From an uncultured delta proteobacterium (GTDB lineage Bacteria > Desulfobacterota > Desulfobacteria > Desulfobacterales > QNYZ01): 64,000 nt of DNA. Shown here piece after piece: positions 19,630-29,318 of the stretch. Under the pieces are notes generated by a model. The model was not told the origin of the DNA, ran no database searches, and was given only the letters and a program-made list of their open reading frames with translations. The translations under genes were made by a program, and so were the position numbers. Each line of letters starts with the position of its first letter. Positions within the stretch are counted from its first letter, which is position 1. The stretch covers positions 512,001 to 576,000 of the forward strand of contig CAWJQU010000002.1 in assembly GCA_963845145.1 (NCBI GenBank), given 5' to 3'.

Positions 19630-20685
19630 ATGCCTCACAGCCGATTTCAATTTGAAACCACCTGGCCATATGTGCTTAAAACATTAGGGTACACGGTACT
19701 GATTAATGCGGTTATCGCCTCATTTTTGTTCATTATCGGGTTTCATGAAAGCCCATTCTGGAAACTTTTTATCTTTTCCCAATGTATCGGCCTGTCGATT
19801 TGTTCCAGTATCTTAGCCATTACCCGTTTTTTAAGCGTTTTTAATCCACTTTTACAAACAGCGGTGTATTTGGGTGGTTTACTTTTCGGGTCCATGGGTG
19901 GGGCTTTGCTGGGGTCTGTCCTGGTGGGGATCCAGCCCTTGTTATTCTTTAAAGAAAGTGGAATCTTCGGCCAGACGCTCATTTTAGGACTGATTTTTGG
20001 ATCGGTGATAACTTATTTTTTTAGCAGTAGGGAACGGCTGGCAGAAACCAGGGAACAGCTCCAGGATGAACGCATCAAGCGGATCACCGGTGAAAAAGCA
20101 CTTGTGGAAGCCGATTTAAAGCGTCTCCAAGCCCAAGTGGAACCCCATTTTTTATTCAACACCCTCTCCAATGTCTTAAGCCTGATCGATACCGACCCGG
20201 CCACAGGGAAAATCATGTTAAAAAGCCTCACCGGATATTTGAGAACCTCCCTGGATAGAACGCGACGGGAAACCAGCACGATCGGCCAGGAGATGGACAT
20301 GATCCAGGATTATATGGAGATCCATCGAATCCGGATGGGTGATCGCTTTGCCTACCAAGTGGATGCCACCCAAGCGGCAAGACATCTCCCCTTTCCCCCC
20401 ATGCTGATTCAACCACTGGTGGAAAACGCCCTTCGGCATGGTTTGGAGCCCAAGATTGAAGGTGGCAGGGTTGACGTCCGTGTCATTGAAACCGAAAAAT
20501 CCGTTCAGGTTATCATTTCCGACACGGGTGTCGGTATACTGGGTAACGAAGATAGAGGCGTCGGGCTGTCAAACGTGCGGGAACGGTTGGTTGCATTGTA
20601 TGGTACTCGTGGTAAGTTTAGTTTAGAAGAGAATCAACCGACGGGATCTATTGCGACCATTGAGGTGCCCCTTGCCAACGATTAG
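19630..20685 (+). CDS. LytS/YehU-type sensor histidine kinase
   Basis: LQAQVEPHFLFNTL, QPLVENALRHG, GVGLSNVRERL; N-terminal TM segments. Confidence 0.95.
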   Translation: MPHSRFQFETTWPYVLKTLGYTVLINAVIASFLFIIGFHESPFWKLFIFSQCIGLSICSSILAITRFLSVFNPLLQTAVYLGGLLFGSMGGALLGSVLVGIQPLLFFKESGIFGQTLILGLIFGSVITYFFSSRERLAETREQLQDERIKRITGEKALVEADLKRLQAQVEPHFLFNTLSNVLSLIDTDPATGKIMLKSLTGYLRTSLDRTRRETSTIGQEMDMIQDYMEIHRIRMGDRFAYQVDATQAARHLPFPPMLIQPLVENALRHGLEPKIEGGRVDVRVIETEKSVQVIISDTGVGILGNEDRGVGLSNVRERLVALYGTRGKFSLEENQPTGSIATIEVPLAND

Positions 20686-21439
20686 CGCCATCATTGCCGA
20701 TGATGAAAAAGCCTTGCGGGATTATTTAAAGCGGCAATTGGTAAAAATATGGCCGGAACTGAAAATTCGGGCCGAAGCGGAAAACGGCCAACAGGCTTTA
20801 GACCTGATCTTAGAAGAAAAGCCGGACATCGCCTTTTTGGACATTCGCATGCCCGGATTGTCCGGACTCGATGTGGCCGCGAAAGTGGCCGATTTGTGCC
20901 GAATCGTATTTGTCACCGCCTACGACCAGTACGCGGTCGATGCATTTGAAAAATCAGCGGCCGACTACCTATTGAAACCGGTTACCGCAGCCCGTCTTAA
21001 AAAGACGGTTGACCGGTTAAAACAATCCCTGCCCAACAGCCCGCCGGCACACGCCGACCTCGCTGAGCTGTTGGAAAAGTTAAATCGATCCGCCCTGGAT
21101 AGGGAAAACACCCGATACCTAAATTGGATCCGCGCCCAATATCGGGATGGCATCCGCCTGATCCCCAGCCAGGAGGTTTGCTATTTCAAAGCGGTAGATA
21201 AATATACCGTTGTTCGGACAAAAGAGCATGAGGCTTTGATCCGCAAGCCGATTAAAACACTGGCCCAAGAGCTCGACCCAACCACTTTCTGGCAAATCCA
21301 CCGCAGTACCATCGTCAACGTGACGCGTATTGACAAAGTCAGCCGGGGAATCACCGGCCGACTGGTTCTTAAGCTCAAACAGCCCCCTGAAACATTGATG
21401 GTCAGCCGATCTTACGCCCATCTTTTTAAACAGATGTAA
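20672..21439 (+). CDS. LytTR family response regulator
   Basis: IIADDE, FLDIRMP, FWQIHRSTIVN, VSRSY; TTG start after GAGGTG. Confidence 0.95.
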   Translation: MPTISAIIADDEKALRDYLKRQLVKIWPELKIRAEAENGQQALDLILEEKPDIAFLDIRMPGLSGLDVAAKVADLCRIVFVTAYDQYAVDAFEKSAADYLLKPVTAARLKKTVDRLKQSLPNSPPAHADLAELLEKLNRSALDRENTRYLNWIRAQYRDGIRLIPSQEVCYFKAVDKYTVVRTKEHEALIRKPIKTLAQELDPTTFWQIHRSTIVNVTRIDKVSRGITGRLVLKLKQPPETLMVSRSYAHLFKQM

Positions 21440-21568
21440 TCATCATTATCATCACACCCGGCCGACACGCCAGACCCTTTACCGTGCCAAGTTCTAAACA
21501 TTCAGTGGTGCCCGAGACCGTCCTCTCCCAGCCGACATGGATAAAACAGCAGAAAACCAAAACAGAAA

Positions 21569-22705
21569 TCATGGATCACCTGCTTGGGTGAAAATCTCAC
21601 TTAAAGATCTTTCTACCACCTGAACAATAACGATGTCAGGGTTTTCACGGGAAATCATATCTTCGTCAAAAAACCGCCAGTGAATCACAAACCTTTGGAA
21701 ATGTTCCGCTAAAAAAGGCCTCAGACTTACAGCAAAAGAGTCTCGAAACATCACGGCCCTGGGGAGTTGATGATCATCTTTTTGCATGACAATTAATCGA
21801 TCATCATCTTGAGGGCGCAACAAGTAGTGCTCCCTGTAAAAAGTATCCGGTGTGACTCTTTTAGCGGCCCATCCATTTTTTGGCGTGAATATCAGTCGTT
21901 TTTCCAGGACATGCTGTTCCTCCCCAACCATCATGGCCAAATCGCCGCCCTTTCGGGAAATTACATCGATTTGAAAATCACCGGCCGCCATAGGCTGAAT
22001 AGCCGGGAACCCGGCCGATAATTCCGAGACAATGCGCCAATACCCGTAATAAGCGCCCAATTGTGTCCAATGCGTATCGCTTTTCCAGTAAAGAAGACCG
22101 TTTTTTTTGTTTTTGAGGATGACTTCACTTAGGTCCAAAACAGCTATTTCCGGGTAGGAACGCATGGCCGCCTTTAGCTGTTGTAGCGGCGTAACACTGC
22201 ATTTTCCCCTTATCCAATCGGGAAGGTGTTCCGGATAAATGGTATTTTTATCCGGTGCAACGACGAACAGGTACTGAATGCCGCGATCCCTGCAAAACCG
22301 ATATTGATCTAAGATGGTTTGCCTCATGGCTGTCAGTGCTTCCTCAGAAAAACGCCCGGCCCCGATATATTTTTTTTCTATATTAGCCTTGGCGAAGTAG
22401 AGCCATCCGTTTTCACCATATAGAACAGAATTAATGACCGGTTTTCCCATGATACGGCGATCATAAAGAAGTGCGGTCCTGGCAAGCAGTTGGCGGCCAC
22501 CGAAGTGATCATCCAGGTAGCGATCCACTGATTTGGCCATTTTTCGGTTTGTCCGCATCTTGGGTGGTGGTGCAAGCTGCCGGTTTTCATTCAGGTCAAC
22601 CTTGAGGTCGATATCGAAAACCATTATAGCCATGGGCAATAACAGTATCACCATAAACAGGACGACACGAAAGGTGATATGGGGTTTGGAAGTCAAAGCG
22701 GACAT
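21569..22705 (-). CDS. AlgJ/AlgX-like SGNH O-acetyltransferase
   Basis: GENGWLY, APDKNTIYPE, DTHWT, GDLA, RDSF motifs. Confidence 0.88.
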   Translation of the reverse strand: MSALTSKPHITFRVVLFMVILLLPMAIMVFDIDLKVDLNENRQLAPPPKMRTNRKMAKSVDRYLDDHFGGRQLLARTALLYDRRIMGKPVINSVLYGENGWLYFAKANIEKKYIGAGRFSEEALTAMRQTILDQYRFCRDRGIQYLFVVAPDKNTIYPEHLPDWIRGKCSVTPLQQLKAAMRSYPEIAVLDLSEVILKNKKNGLLYWKSDTHWTQLGAYYGYWRIVSELSAGFPAIQPMAAGDFQIDVISRKGGDLAMMVGEEQHVLEKRLIFTPKNGWAAKRVTPDTFYREHYLLRPQDDDRLIVMQKDDHQLPRAVMFRDSFAVSLRPFLAEHFQRFVIHWRFFDEDMISRENPDIVIVQVVERSLSEIFTQAGDP

Positions 22706-22714
22706 CGACTGTTC

Positions 22715-24169
22715 CTAAAACCGAAAATAGATAAAAGGGTTGTATGTACCGGCGGACAGCTTGAGGGCACAAAACAACAAAACCACGCCCAAAAAAAGCG
22801 TTTCGTGCACATGCATTGCCCGCCACACCATAAGGGAAACCTTGCCAAGATGTGGTTTTGAATCGATTCGTAACACCTTTTGTCTCAAGTGGGAAAAAAT
22901 GGGGGTCGCGCCAATCACACCCACACATAAAACCAGCCAGGTCTCATTGGTAAAATAGAGTTGAACGGGATAGGACGACAACGCACCGCTTGATAGGCCG
23001 AACATTGCCCCTAAATAGGCAATCGACTGGGAAAGGGTCTCCGATCGAAAAAAGACCCACCCGACCATCACCACGAAAAGGGTATACCCCCGTGCCGGCC
23101 AGGCGGCTTGGGATAAAAATCGGCTAAATAACCGCCCACGCTCCAGGCCTAAAAAAAGGCCGTGAAACAGGCCCCAGATCACGAAGTTCCAGCTCGCCCC
23201 GTGCCATAATCCGCAAAGGAAAAAGACGATCAGTAAATTTCTAAAAGTCCGAAAGGCACCGTGGCGATTACCACCCAATGGAATGTAGAGATAATCCCGA
23301 AACCAGGTCGACAAGGAGATATGCCAGCGTTGCCAGAACTCCCGCACTGACTTTGAGATGTATGGGTAGTTAAAATTTTCAGGAAAGGTAAACCCCAGCA
23401 TGTGTCCCAGCCCGATGGCCATATCGGAATACCCGGAAAAATCGAAATAGATCTGAAGGGTATAGCAGACAATACCCAACCAGGCAGTGGCGAACGAAAG
23501 GCCTTCTGTGGGAAGGGCGAAAATATTATCCGCTGCAACGGCCAATGTGTTGGCGATTAAAATCTTCTTTCCCAGGCCAGTGACAAACCGCTTGATACCG
23601 TAAGACACCTTATCAGCAGAAGACCATCGCAGCCTAAGTTGTTTTTTGATCTGGCTATAGCGAACAATGGGGCCGGCAATGAGTTGGGGAAAGGATGAGA
23701 TATAAAGGGCAACGCCATCCGGACGCTTCATGGCGGTCTCTTCTTCCCGGTACACATCAATGATATAAGACAAGGCTTGAAACGTAAAAAAGGAGATGCC
23801 AATGGGCAAATGGAGGTCCAGGTCCTCAAAGGCACGGCCTCCGGCCGATTCCCAAATAAGCCCAATATTGCTCGCCAGAAACCCTGCGTACTTAAAAAAA
23901 CCAAGTATACCCAAATTGAACACGATCCCAAGGGTTACCCATCTTTTTTTAAACGTGGCCCTGCGGCTGCGTTGAATAGCAAGCCCGATCAGATAGTTGG
24001 CCGCGATGGACACCAGCATCACCAAAACAAAGTCATACTCTCCCCACCAGTAAAAAAGAAGACTGGAGAAAATAAGCAGATAGTTTCGGAATCTTGCCGG
24101 TAGAATAAAATTGAGAATCAATACCGCCGGCAGGAAAAAGAAAAGAAATGTCACCGAGCTAAAAACCAC
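22715..24169 (-). CDS. MBOAT O-acyltransferase (AlgI-like)
   Basis: LPIGISFFTFQ, DFSGYSDMAIG, FWQRWHISL, GLWHGA, YNPFIYFRF. Confidence 0.95.
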   Translation of the reverse strand: MVFSSVTFLFFFLPAVLILNFILPARFRNYLLIFSSLLFYWWGEYDFVLVMLVSIAANYLIGLAIQRSRRATFKKRWVTLGIVFNLGILGFFKYAGFLASNIGLIWESAGGRAFEDLDLHLPIGISFFTFQALSYIIDVYREEETAMKRPDGVALYISSFPQLIAGPIVRYSQIKKQLRLRWSSADKVSYGIKRFVTGLGKKILIANTLAVAADNIFALPTEGLSFATAWLGIVCYTLQIYFDFSGYSDMAIGLGHMLGFTFPENFNYPYISKSVREFWQRWHISLSTWFRDYLYIPLGGNRHGAFRTFRNLLIVFFLCGLWHGASWNFVIWGLFHGLFLGLERGRLFSRFLSQAAWPARGYTLFVVMVGWVFFRSETLSQSIAYLGAMFGLSSGALSSYPVQLYFTNETWLVLCVGVIGATPIFSHLRQKVLRIDSKPHLGKVSLMVWRAMHVHETLFLGVVLLFCALKLSAGTYNPFIYFRF

Positions 24170-24195
24170 GGCGTCTCGTTTCTATCGACCGGATG

Positions 24196-24255
24196 TTATC
24201 GCGATCTGAATTGTCACGACTTGAATTATTGCGACCTGAATTATCGCGATCGGGA
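24196..24255. repeat. 4 x 15 bp degenerate tandem repeat
   Basis: TTATCGCGATCTGAA / TTGTCACGACTTGAA / TTATTGCGACCTGAA / TTATCGCGATCGGGA. Confidence 0.85.
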
Positions 24256-24297
24256 CATGAAAGTTACAGAAAACGTTTTAAAAAACCTTCGAATTTT

Positions 24298-25401
24298 TCA
24301 TTCATCCAGCAGCAAGGGTGTCAATATGGGCGCAATCACACTACCGTCTGGTCGAATGGTAGCAAAGACACCGGGGCGGTAGTTGACAAGACTGCAAACA
24401 GCGCGGTTGGCCTGTTCCCTGGTAAAGAGAAACATGCACGTATCGTCGGTATAATCCATATAGTTGTGGATCGGATCCGGAGTGCCACAATTGTAAGTCT
24501 GGGTGCAGCCGTAATGTTCAACGGTCTCCGCCTGGGTATCCACAATTAAATCACCGGTTGAATAGGTGTTGCTGCAGGTGCCGCCTTCAAACGTATGGTG
24601 GAGGCCAAGGTAATGGCCCATCTCATGAACGAGGGTGCGCCCTTGATTGTAGGGCCAGGAAGTGGTGTTATTCCTGCCGCCGACCGTGGCGTAGTTCAAT
24701 ACAATCCCATCTATCCATTGGCCGGCGCTTCCCTGTGGATAGTAGGCATAGCCAAGACTCCCGCCGGCATCGTTTGTGTAGATATTGAGGTATTGGTTCG
24801 GGTCTTTATTAAGTGCCTGTTTGTAGGCCGCTTCATCGGCGGATGAATCTGTAAACCAGCTATTATTTAAAGTCCGTGTAATTCCGGCCAGCTTAAACTG
24901 GACCCGGGTGTCATACCCCTGACTTCCCAGGGTACCTTCGGTTGCCCGAAAATCTTCATTGAGCACCGTCATTTGCGCGGTGATGGCCCCGTTCGAGATA
25001 TTGCCGACCCCGTCGGACTTATAAATGACATGCCACCAGACAGGAATTTCATAGACCCCGGCCGGCCAATACTCATTTTGAATCGTCGTTGTATAAAAAG
25101 TACAATCCGCCGGAGCCCTTTCGATTCTGTCGGTACCGTCGTCGATGGGTTTTCTGGTCCCACAACGCATCCCATTGCTTTTGAAATATGCGGAGTTGAC
25201 ATACGCCGACATGCTGTCGAAATGGTTCGGGCCGACAACGATCGAACCGTTCTTTTTCATCTCAACATCTGCTGCCGGGCTTTGAGCCGCAGCCAAGACA
25301 AAACAGGTTAAAAAGGCGACGATGCCCACCAGGATGTTTCTATTGTTTCTGTGATTCACCGCGACCCCATGATAGATTGTCACTTTTGCTTTATCAATCA
25401 C
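24298..25401 (-). CDS. Secreted zinc metalloprotease, M43 (ulilysin/pappalysin-like)
   Basis: HEMGHYLGLHH, Met-turn NYMDY, RCGT cysteine switch, signal peptide. Start may be GTG 25359. Confidence 0.92.
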   Translation of the reverse strand: MIDKAKVTIYHGVAVNHRNNRNILVGIVAFLTCFVLAAAQSPAADVEMKKNGSIVVGPNHFDSMSAYVNSAYFKSNGMRCGTRKPIDDGTDRIERAPADCTFYTTTIQNEYWPAGVYEIPVWWHVIYKSDGVGNISNGAITAQMTVLNEDFRATEGTLGSQGYDTRVQFKLAGITRTLNNSWFTDSSADEAAYKQALNKDPNQYLNIYTNDAGGSLGYAYYPQGSAGQWIDGIVLNYATVGGRNNTTSWPYNQGRTLVHEMGHYLGLHHTFEGGTCSNTYSTGDLIVDTQAETVEHYGCTQTYNCGTPDPIHNYMDYTDDTCMFLFTREQANRAVCSLVNYRPGVFATIRPDGSVIAPILTPLLLDE

Positions 25402-25413
25402 ATAACCAAACCA

Positions 25414-26120
25414 TCAATTACCGCCACGAACCGGCCACAAATAGTCAGTCCATCGGGGGTCTGCCATCTTTAAGTCGTAGTACTCACCTCAGCCATCCTC
25501 CATGGTAAACTCCCATGCGTCGTATCGGCCAGAATCAGCAACAACTCGTACTACTGGTCCAATAATATACGGCGGATGGGACATCGTCAGGCGTGGACGT
25601 TTCAGTGAGAATTGAAATAAGCGCCGATGGCAGCGCGGGATTATATCGCCCAAATCCAACAGACTCTCCAATTCATAGCGATTGGGTAGACGCCAGTCAC
25701 CGGCATTGGAGCCATCGGTCAGTCCGCAGTAACCAGCTGGCAAGTCCGATTGTTCGCATCATGGCTATCGGCCATGGGCGACAATTTTGTCCCGTTGTAT
25801 CGCCTGAAAACAGCATCGCAATCTGCATTTCTCAACCAAATCAGATCCGTCAGATTGTCCGTCACCGTGCCATCGCCATTGTCCGTAAATCTCGGAGACG
25901 GCCAGGCAACCCCCTTTGCCAGAACCCCATCTTCTCCGGGAACAGTAGTATCGATGTCTGTCTGTCCGGTCTTTGCAACCGGCGCCGGCGGCCCGGTGGC
26001 CGATTCGAAAAGCGGTATCACGACCACCTTATTCTGGGCCCCAACATCCAACGAATTAACAGCTAACACGGCACAAACAATCATAAATCCAAAAAGTAAT
26101 CGTTTCATCGCTATCATCAT
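25414..26120 (-). pseudogene. DUF1566 (Lcl C-terminal domain) protein with multiple frameshifts
   Basis: KTGQT, RFTDNGDGTVTDNLTDLIW, DWRLPN..EL, YYWTSST and terminal LWPVRGG are spread over different frames, with an in-frame TGA. Could be sequencing error. Confidence 0.8.
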
Positions 26121-26555
26121 TTCGTTCCTCCTTTTCAAAAAAAGGTTACTTCATAAGCGCCTGATAGACAGGCGGCTGAGTGTTTCTTGAGGTACCGGAA
26201 ACAACCATCGAAAACAATCGGGAAATAACGCATAATGGTGATCGCGAGACCATGCGATTTAATCTCCAAATGTCTGTTTGACACCCACTGCCCGGTATTT
26301 TAAATAACGAACGTAAAGATTACACCCACGATAGGTAAAGATACCGTATTTGCCGTATAAAAGCCAGAATCATTTGTCATCGGCACAGGACAATCGCAAG
26401 TAAAAATCCATAAAAAATGGTCGATTTTTGCGATTGCCCCGACATTGTTCCGCATGGTAACCGAAAATAGGAATCTTCACAAAAGGGGTGAGAATTATAG
26501 TGCGTTGTTCACGTCCAACATTCAAAAAACAATCTTTTTTGCGTGGATTCCATCT

Positions 26556-26640
26556 GTAGGGGCGCCCCTTGTGGGTGCCCATGCCCTTTGTGGAAGCCTG
26601 GCGACCATACCACCGGGCAACCACAAGGGATTGCCCCTAC
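26556..26640. repeat. Inverted pair of GTAG-family REP sequences
   Basis: GTAGGGGCGCCCCTTGTGGGTGCCC ... GGGCAACCACAAGGGATTGCCCCTAC. Confidence 0.85.
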
Positions 26641-26784
26641 ATAAACACATCCATTATGGGATAGTATCATCTGGGCGCACCCCATGCGCATTTTTAAATG
26701 GGATAAAAACGGTAGGTAGGAAATCACGGCCAAGTCTGCTATTATCAAGCCTTGATTATCAGGCCTCAAAGAGGAGAAATAGCC

Positions 26785-27546
26785 ATGACGGACAAATATG
26801 AACGTATTGCCATCGTAACCGGAGCGACTTCCGGTATTGGGGAAGCTACGGCGAGAAAATTCATTGCCGGTGGTTTTGGTGTTGTGGGTAATGGGCGAAA
26901 TGCACAAAAGTTGACGGCGCTGGAAAAAGAGATCGGTTCCGCTTTCTGCGGCGTCGCGGGTGACGCCAGCGATAATGATGTGTTGGAAACATTATTTGCC
27001 ACTGCGGATGATCGTTTCGGCAAATCGGCCGACATTGTGGTCGCCAACGCCGGCCGGGGCCTCGGGGGCACCATTGCCGATGCCGATGCGTCGCAGTTTG
27101 AGGAGCTTTTTAAAACAAATGTGGCCGGGACCCTACTGCTCTTGCAAAAAGCCGCACAAAAAATCGTCGCTAAACAGCAGAAGGCGTTTCCTGAAAACGC
27201 GGCCGATATTGTCATCATCGGATCGGTGGTCGGTCGACACATATCACCCTTTAGCGCCGTGTATAGCGCCACCAAATTTGCCGTTCACGGCCTGGCGGAA
27301 AGCTTACGACGCGAAATCGGGCCCAAAGGCATCCGGGTCTCCCTGGTTGAGCCGGGGTTGGCTTTAACCGGATTTCAAGCCGCCGCGAATTACAGCGATG
27401 AAATGGTACAGGGTTTGGCGGATCGTTTCGGCCCGCTTTTGGTAGGCGCCGACGTGGCCAACGCGATCTATTACATTGTCACCCAGCCGCCCCACGTGCA
27501 CATTAGCGACATTGTCGTACGCCCGACGCGTCAGGATTATCCTTAA
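26785..27546 (+). CDS. SDR family oxidoreductase
   Basis: TGATSGIG, ANAG, YSATK, VEPG. Confidence 0.95.
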   Translation: MTDKYERIAIVTGATSGIGEATARKFIAGGFGVVGNGRNAQKLTALEKEIGSAFCGVAGDASDNDVLETLFATADDRFGKSADIVVANAGRGLGGTIADADASQFEELFKTNVAGTLLLLQKAAQKIVAKQQKAFPENAADIVIIGSVVGRHISPFSAVYSATKFAVHGLAESLRREIGPKGIRVSLVEPGLALTGFQAAANYSDEMVQGLADRFGPLLVGADVANAIYYIVTQPPHVHISDIVVRPTRQDYP

Positions 27547-27875
27547 AGGGAAAAAACAGCCACGCCCCACATCCAAAGGGCAAAAAAAGCCATGCCACCG
27601 GCAATGGTGATCAGCAGATTGTTACTGATCTTACCAATGGTGACCGTAGCCACCGCTCCGGCCAGATAGGCGTTATCGAGGGAGAAGTTCAGGGTGGTTC
27701 CGTTTGGAAGGAGAACTGCCGGAACGATGATCGCCGTCAGTACCGCGGGTGGGACGTATTGCAGGGCCCCGCGCATTCGATCCGAAAATCGAAATCGACC
27801 GGAAAAAGGCAAGAGCACATAGCGGATCGAAAAGGTGACACAGACCATACCGACAATCAAATAAACCGTTTCCAT
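27543..27875 (-). CDS. azlD: AzlD branched-chain amino acid exporter small subunit
   Basis: ALQYVPPAVLTAIIVP; follows azlC. Confidence 0.88.
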   Translation of the reverse strand: METVYLIVGMVCVTFSIRYVLLPFSGRFRFSDRMRGALQYVPPAVLTAIIVPAVLLPNGTTLNFSLDNAYLAGAVATVTIGKISNNLLITIAGGMAFFALWMWGVAVFSL

Positions 27876-27880
27876 CCCCT

Positions 27881-28612
27881 TCAGCCCTCCTCGGCCGTGA
27901 CCGCTTGTGGCTGCCGCTTCGTCGCCATCTCGATTAAAATGCCGGCGCCGATTCCGAGAACCGTAGCAACGATCAATCCCATTTTATGGGGAAGCCCGTT
28001 AAATAAAAGTGCGGCCACACCGGCTACCAGCACGGTACCATAGGCCGGCTTGCCCTTCAGATAGGGGATAACCATCCCGATAAACGCCGCCACCATGGCA
28101 AAATCGAGCCCCCAGCCACCGATACCTTGAAGCATGCGTCCGGCAATCAGCCCGATGGCGGTACACAGGTTCCAATTCGTATACATAAAGGTCATGGATC
28201 CCAATTGATACCAGTGTTTATGCGGACTATCGTCGCCGGATCGCCAGCGGCCCACTGCTACGGCAAAGGTTTCATCGGTCAAACCGAAAGCCAGGATCAC
28301 TTGCCACCGCTGGGGAAGTCTTTTTAGGTATTCCAAAAGGGTGGCGGTGTATAAAAGATGCCTGAAGTTGACGACAAAGGTTGTCAATACAATCATCGGC
28401 CAGATCGTCCCCGCGCCTACGAGCCCCATGGCAATAAATTGAGACGAACCGGCGAAAACAAAAAGACTCATCCCCATGGCGCCCCACCAGGGCAAACCGG
28501 CGGCGCCGGAGAGCGTACCGAAAATAATACCAAATGGCACAGCCCCGATAACCAGCGGAAGCGTATCACGAAAGCCGCGCCAAAACTCGGACTGCTTTGT
28601 TTGTTTTTGCAT
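27881..28612 (-). CDS. azlC: AzlC branched-chain amino acid exporter
   Basis: [27 protein letters not shown]. Confidence 0.92.
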   Translation of the reverse strand: MQKQTKQSEFWRGFRDTLPLVIGAVPFGIIFGTLSGAAGLPWWGAMGMSLFVFAGSSQFIAMGLVGAGTIWPMIVLTTFVVNFRHLLYTATLLEYLKRLPQRWQVILAFGLTDETFAVAVGRWRSGDDSPHKHWYQLGSMTFMYTNWNLCTAIGLIAGRMLQGIGGWGLDFAMVAAFIGMVIPYLKGKPAYGTVLVAGVAALLFNGLPHKMGLIVATVLGIGAGILIEMATKRQPQAVTAEEG

Positions 28613-28682
28613 GTATCGATTTTCCGTTCACTATCGGACTGATGTTGAGATGATGCACGACAAAGCCCGAGCGATCAACGAT

Positions 28683-29243
28683 CTATCCTTTCTTCGAGAT
28701 CACCCTATCAGCGACCGTTTTAACAAGTTCGCCTTCTTTTCGCCAGACATGGCAGGAGTCGATCAGATACTGCTCCATCTCTTCATTGGTTATGTCGCGG
28801 CTATCAGGATTTCGATCCGCATGGGTCCAATACCCCTGAAGCGCGGCGGGCGCCATGGCCAACAAGAGCGTGGTCAGGTGAATGCACCCCTTGCGGCCAC
28901 CCAATAGCCGATTCACCTGCCGGGTGAATCCCGGTGCGATTTTTAACCCCTCGAGCACGGCTAACTTATCCTGAATCTGATCGCACTCATCGTGGGGGGT
29001 GGTTTTCATATCCACCCAAATTCGGGTGATCTCACGTTCTTTTAAACCGAGTAACAGTTCTATGCACAGATGGTGCACCGTCAAAGGAGGGCGTGGCTTT
29101 CCGGCCAGATCATGCGTGGCAACCAGCCTTCGATCTTTAAGTTCACCGCAAACGACGATATGGTCTTCATCATACTCGTAGCTGGAGACATCAATATTGC
29201 GGTTTTGGATTTTCTCTTTTTTTTCAAGCTGATCGTATTTCAT
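28683..29243 (-). CDS. DUF2889 domain protein
   Basis: GELKDRR, HHLC, PHDEC, LGGRKGCIHL, LIDSCHVW. Confidence 0.88.
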   Translation of the reverse strand: MKYDQLEKKEKIQNRNIDVSSYEYDEDHIVVCGELKDRRLVATHDLAGKPRPPLTVHHLCIELLLGLKEREITRIWVDMKTTPHDECDQIQDKLAVLEGLKIAPGFTRQVNRLLGGRKGCIHLTTLLLAMAPAALQGYWTHADRNPDSRDITNEEMEQYLIDSCHVWRKEGELVKTVADRVISKKG

Positions 29244-29244
29244 A

Positions 29245-29302
29245 GGTTGTGTTCTTTTTTATTGGGTTGCGTTCTTTTTTTATTGGGTTGCGTTCTTTTT
29301 TT
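29245..29302. repeat. About 3 x 21 bp tandem repeat containing T6-7 tracts
   Basis: GGTTGYGTTCTTTTTT(T)ATTG repeated directly upstream of the DUF2889 ATG. Confidence 0.9.
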
Positions 29303-29318
29303 CATGCGGATGGGACGG

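Noticed and set aside
24196..24255. Short tandem arrays (also 29245, 31428, 51786) as CRISPR
   Set aside because: No unique spacers, units too short, no cas genes.
25489..25491. In-frame TGA in DUF1566 as selenocysteine
   Set aside because: Not a Cys or redox position, no SECIS seen, and surrounded by frameshifts.
25414..26120. DGR target gene
   Set aside because: No reverse transcriptase or template repeat in the window; the changes are indels rather than adenine substitutions.
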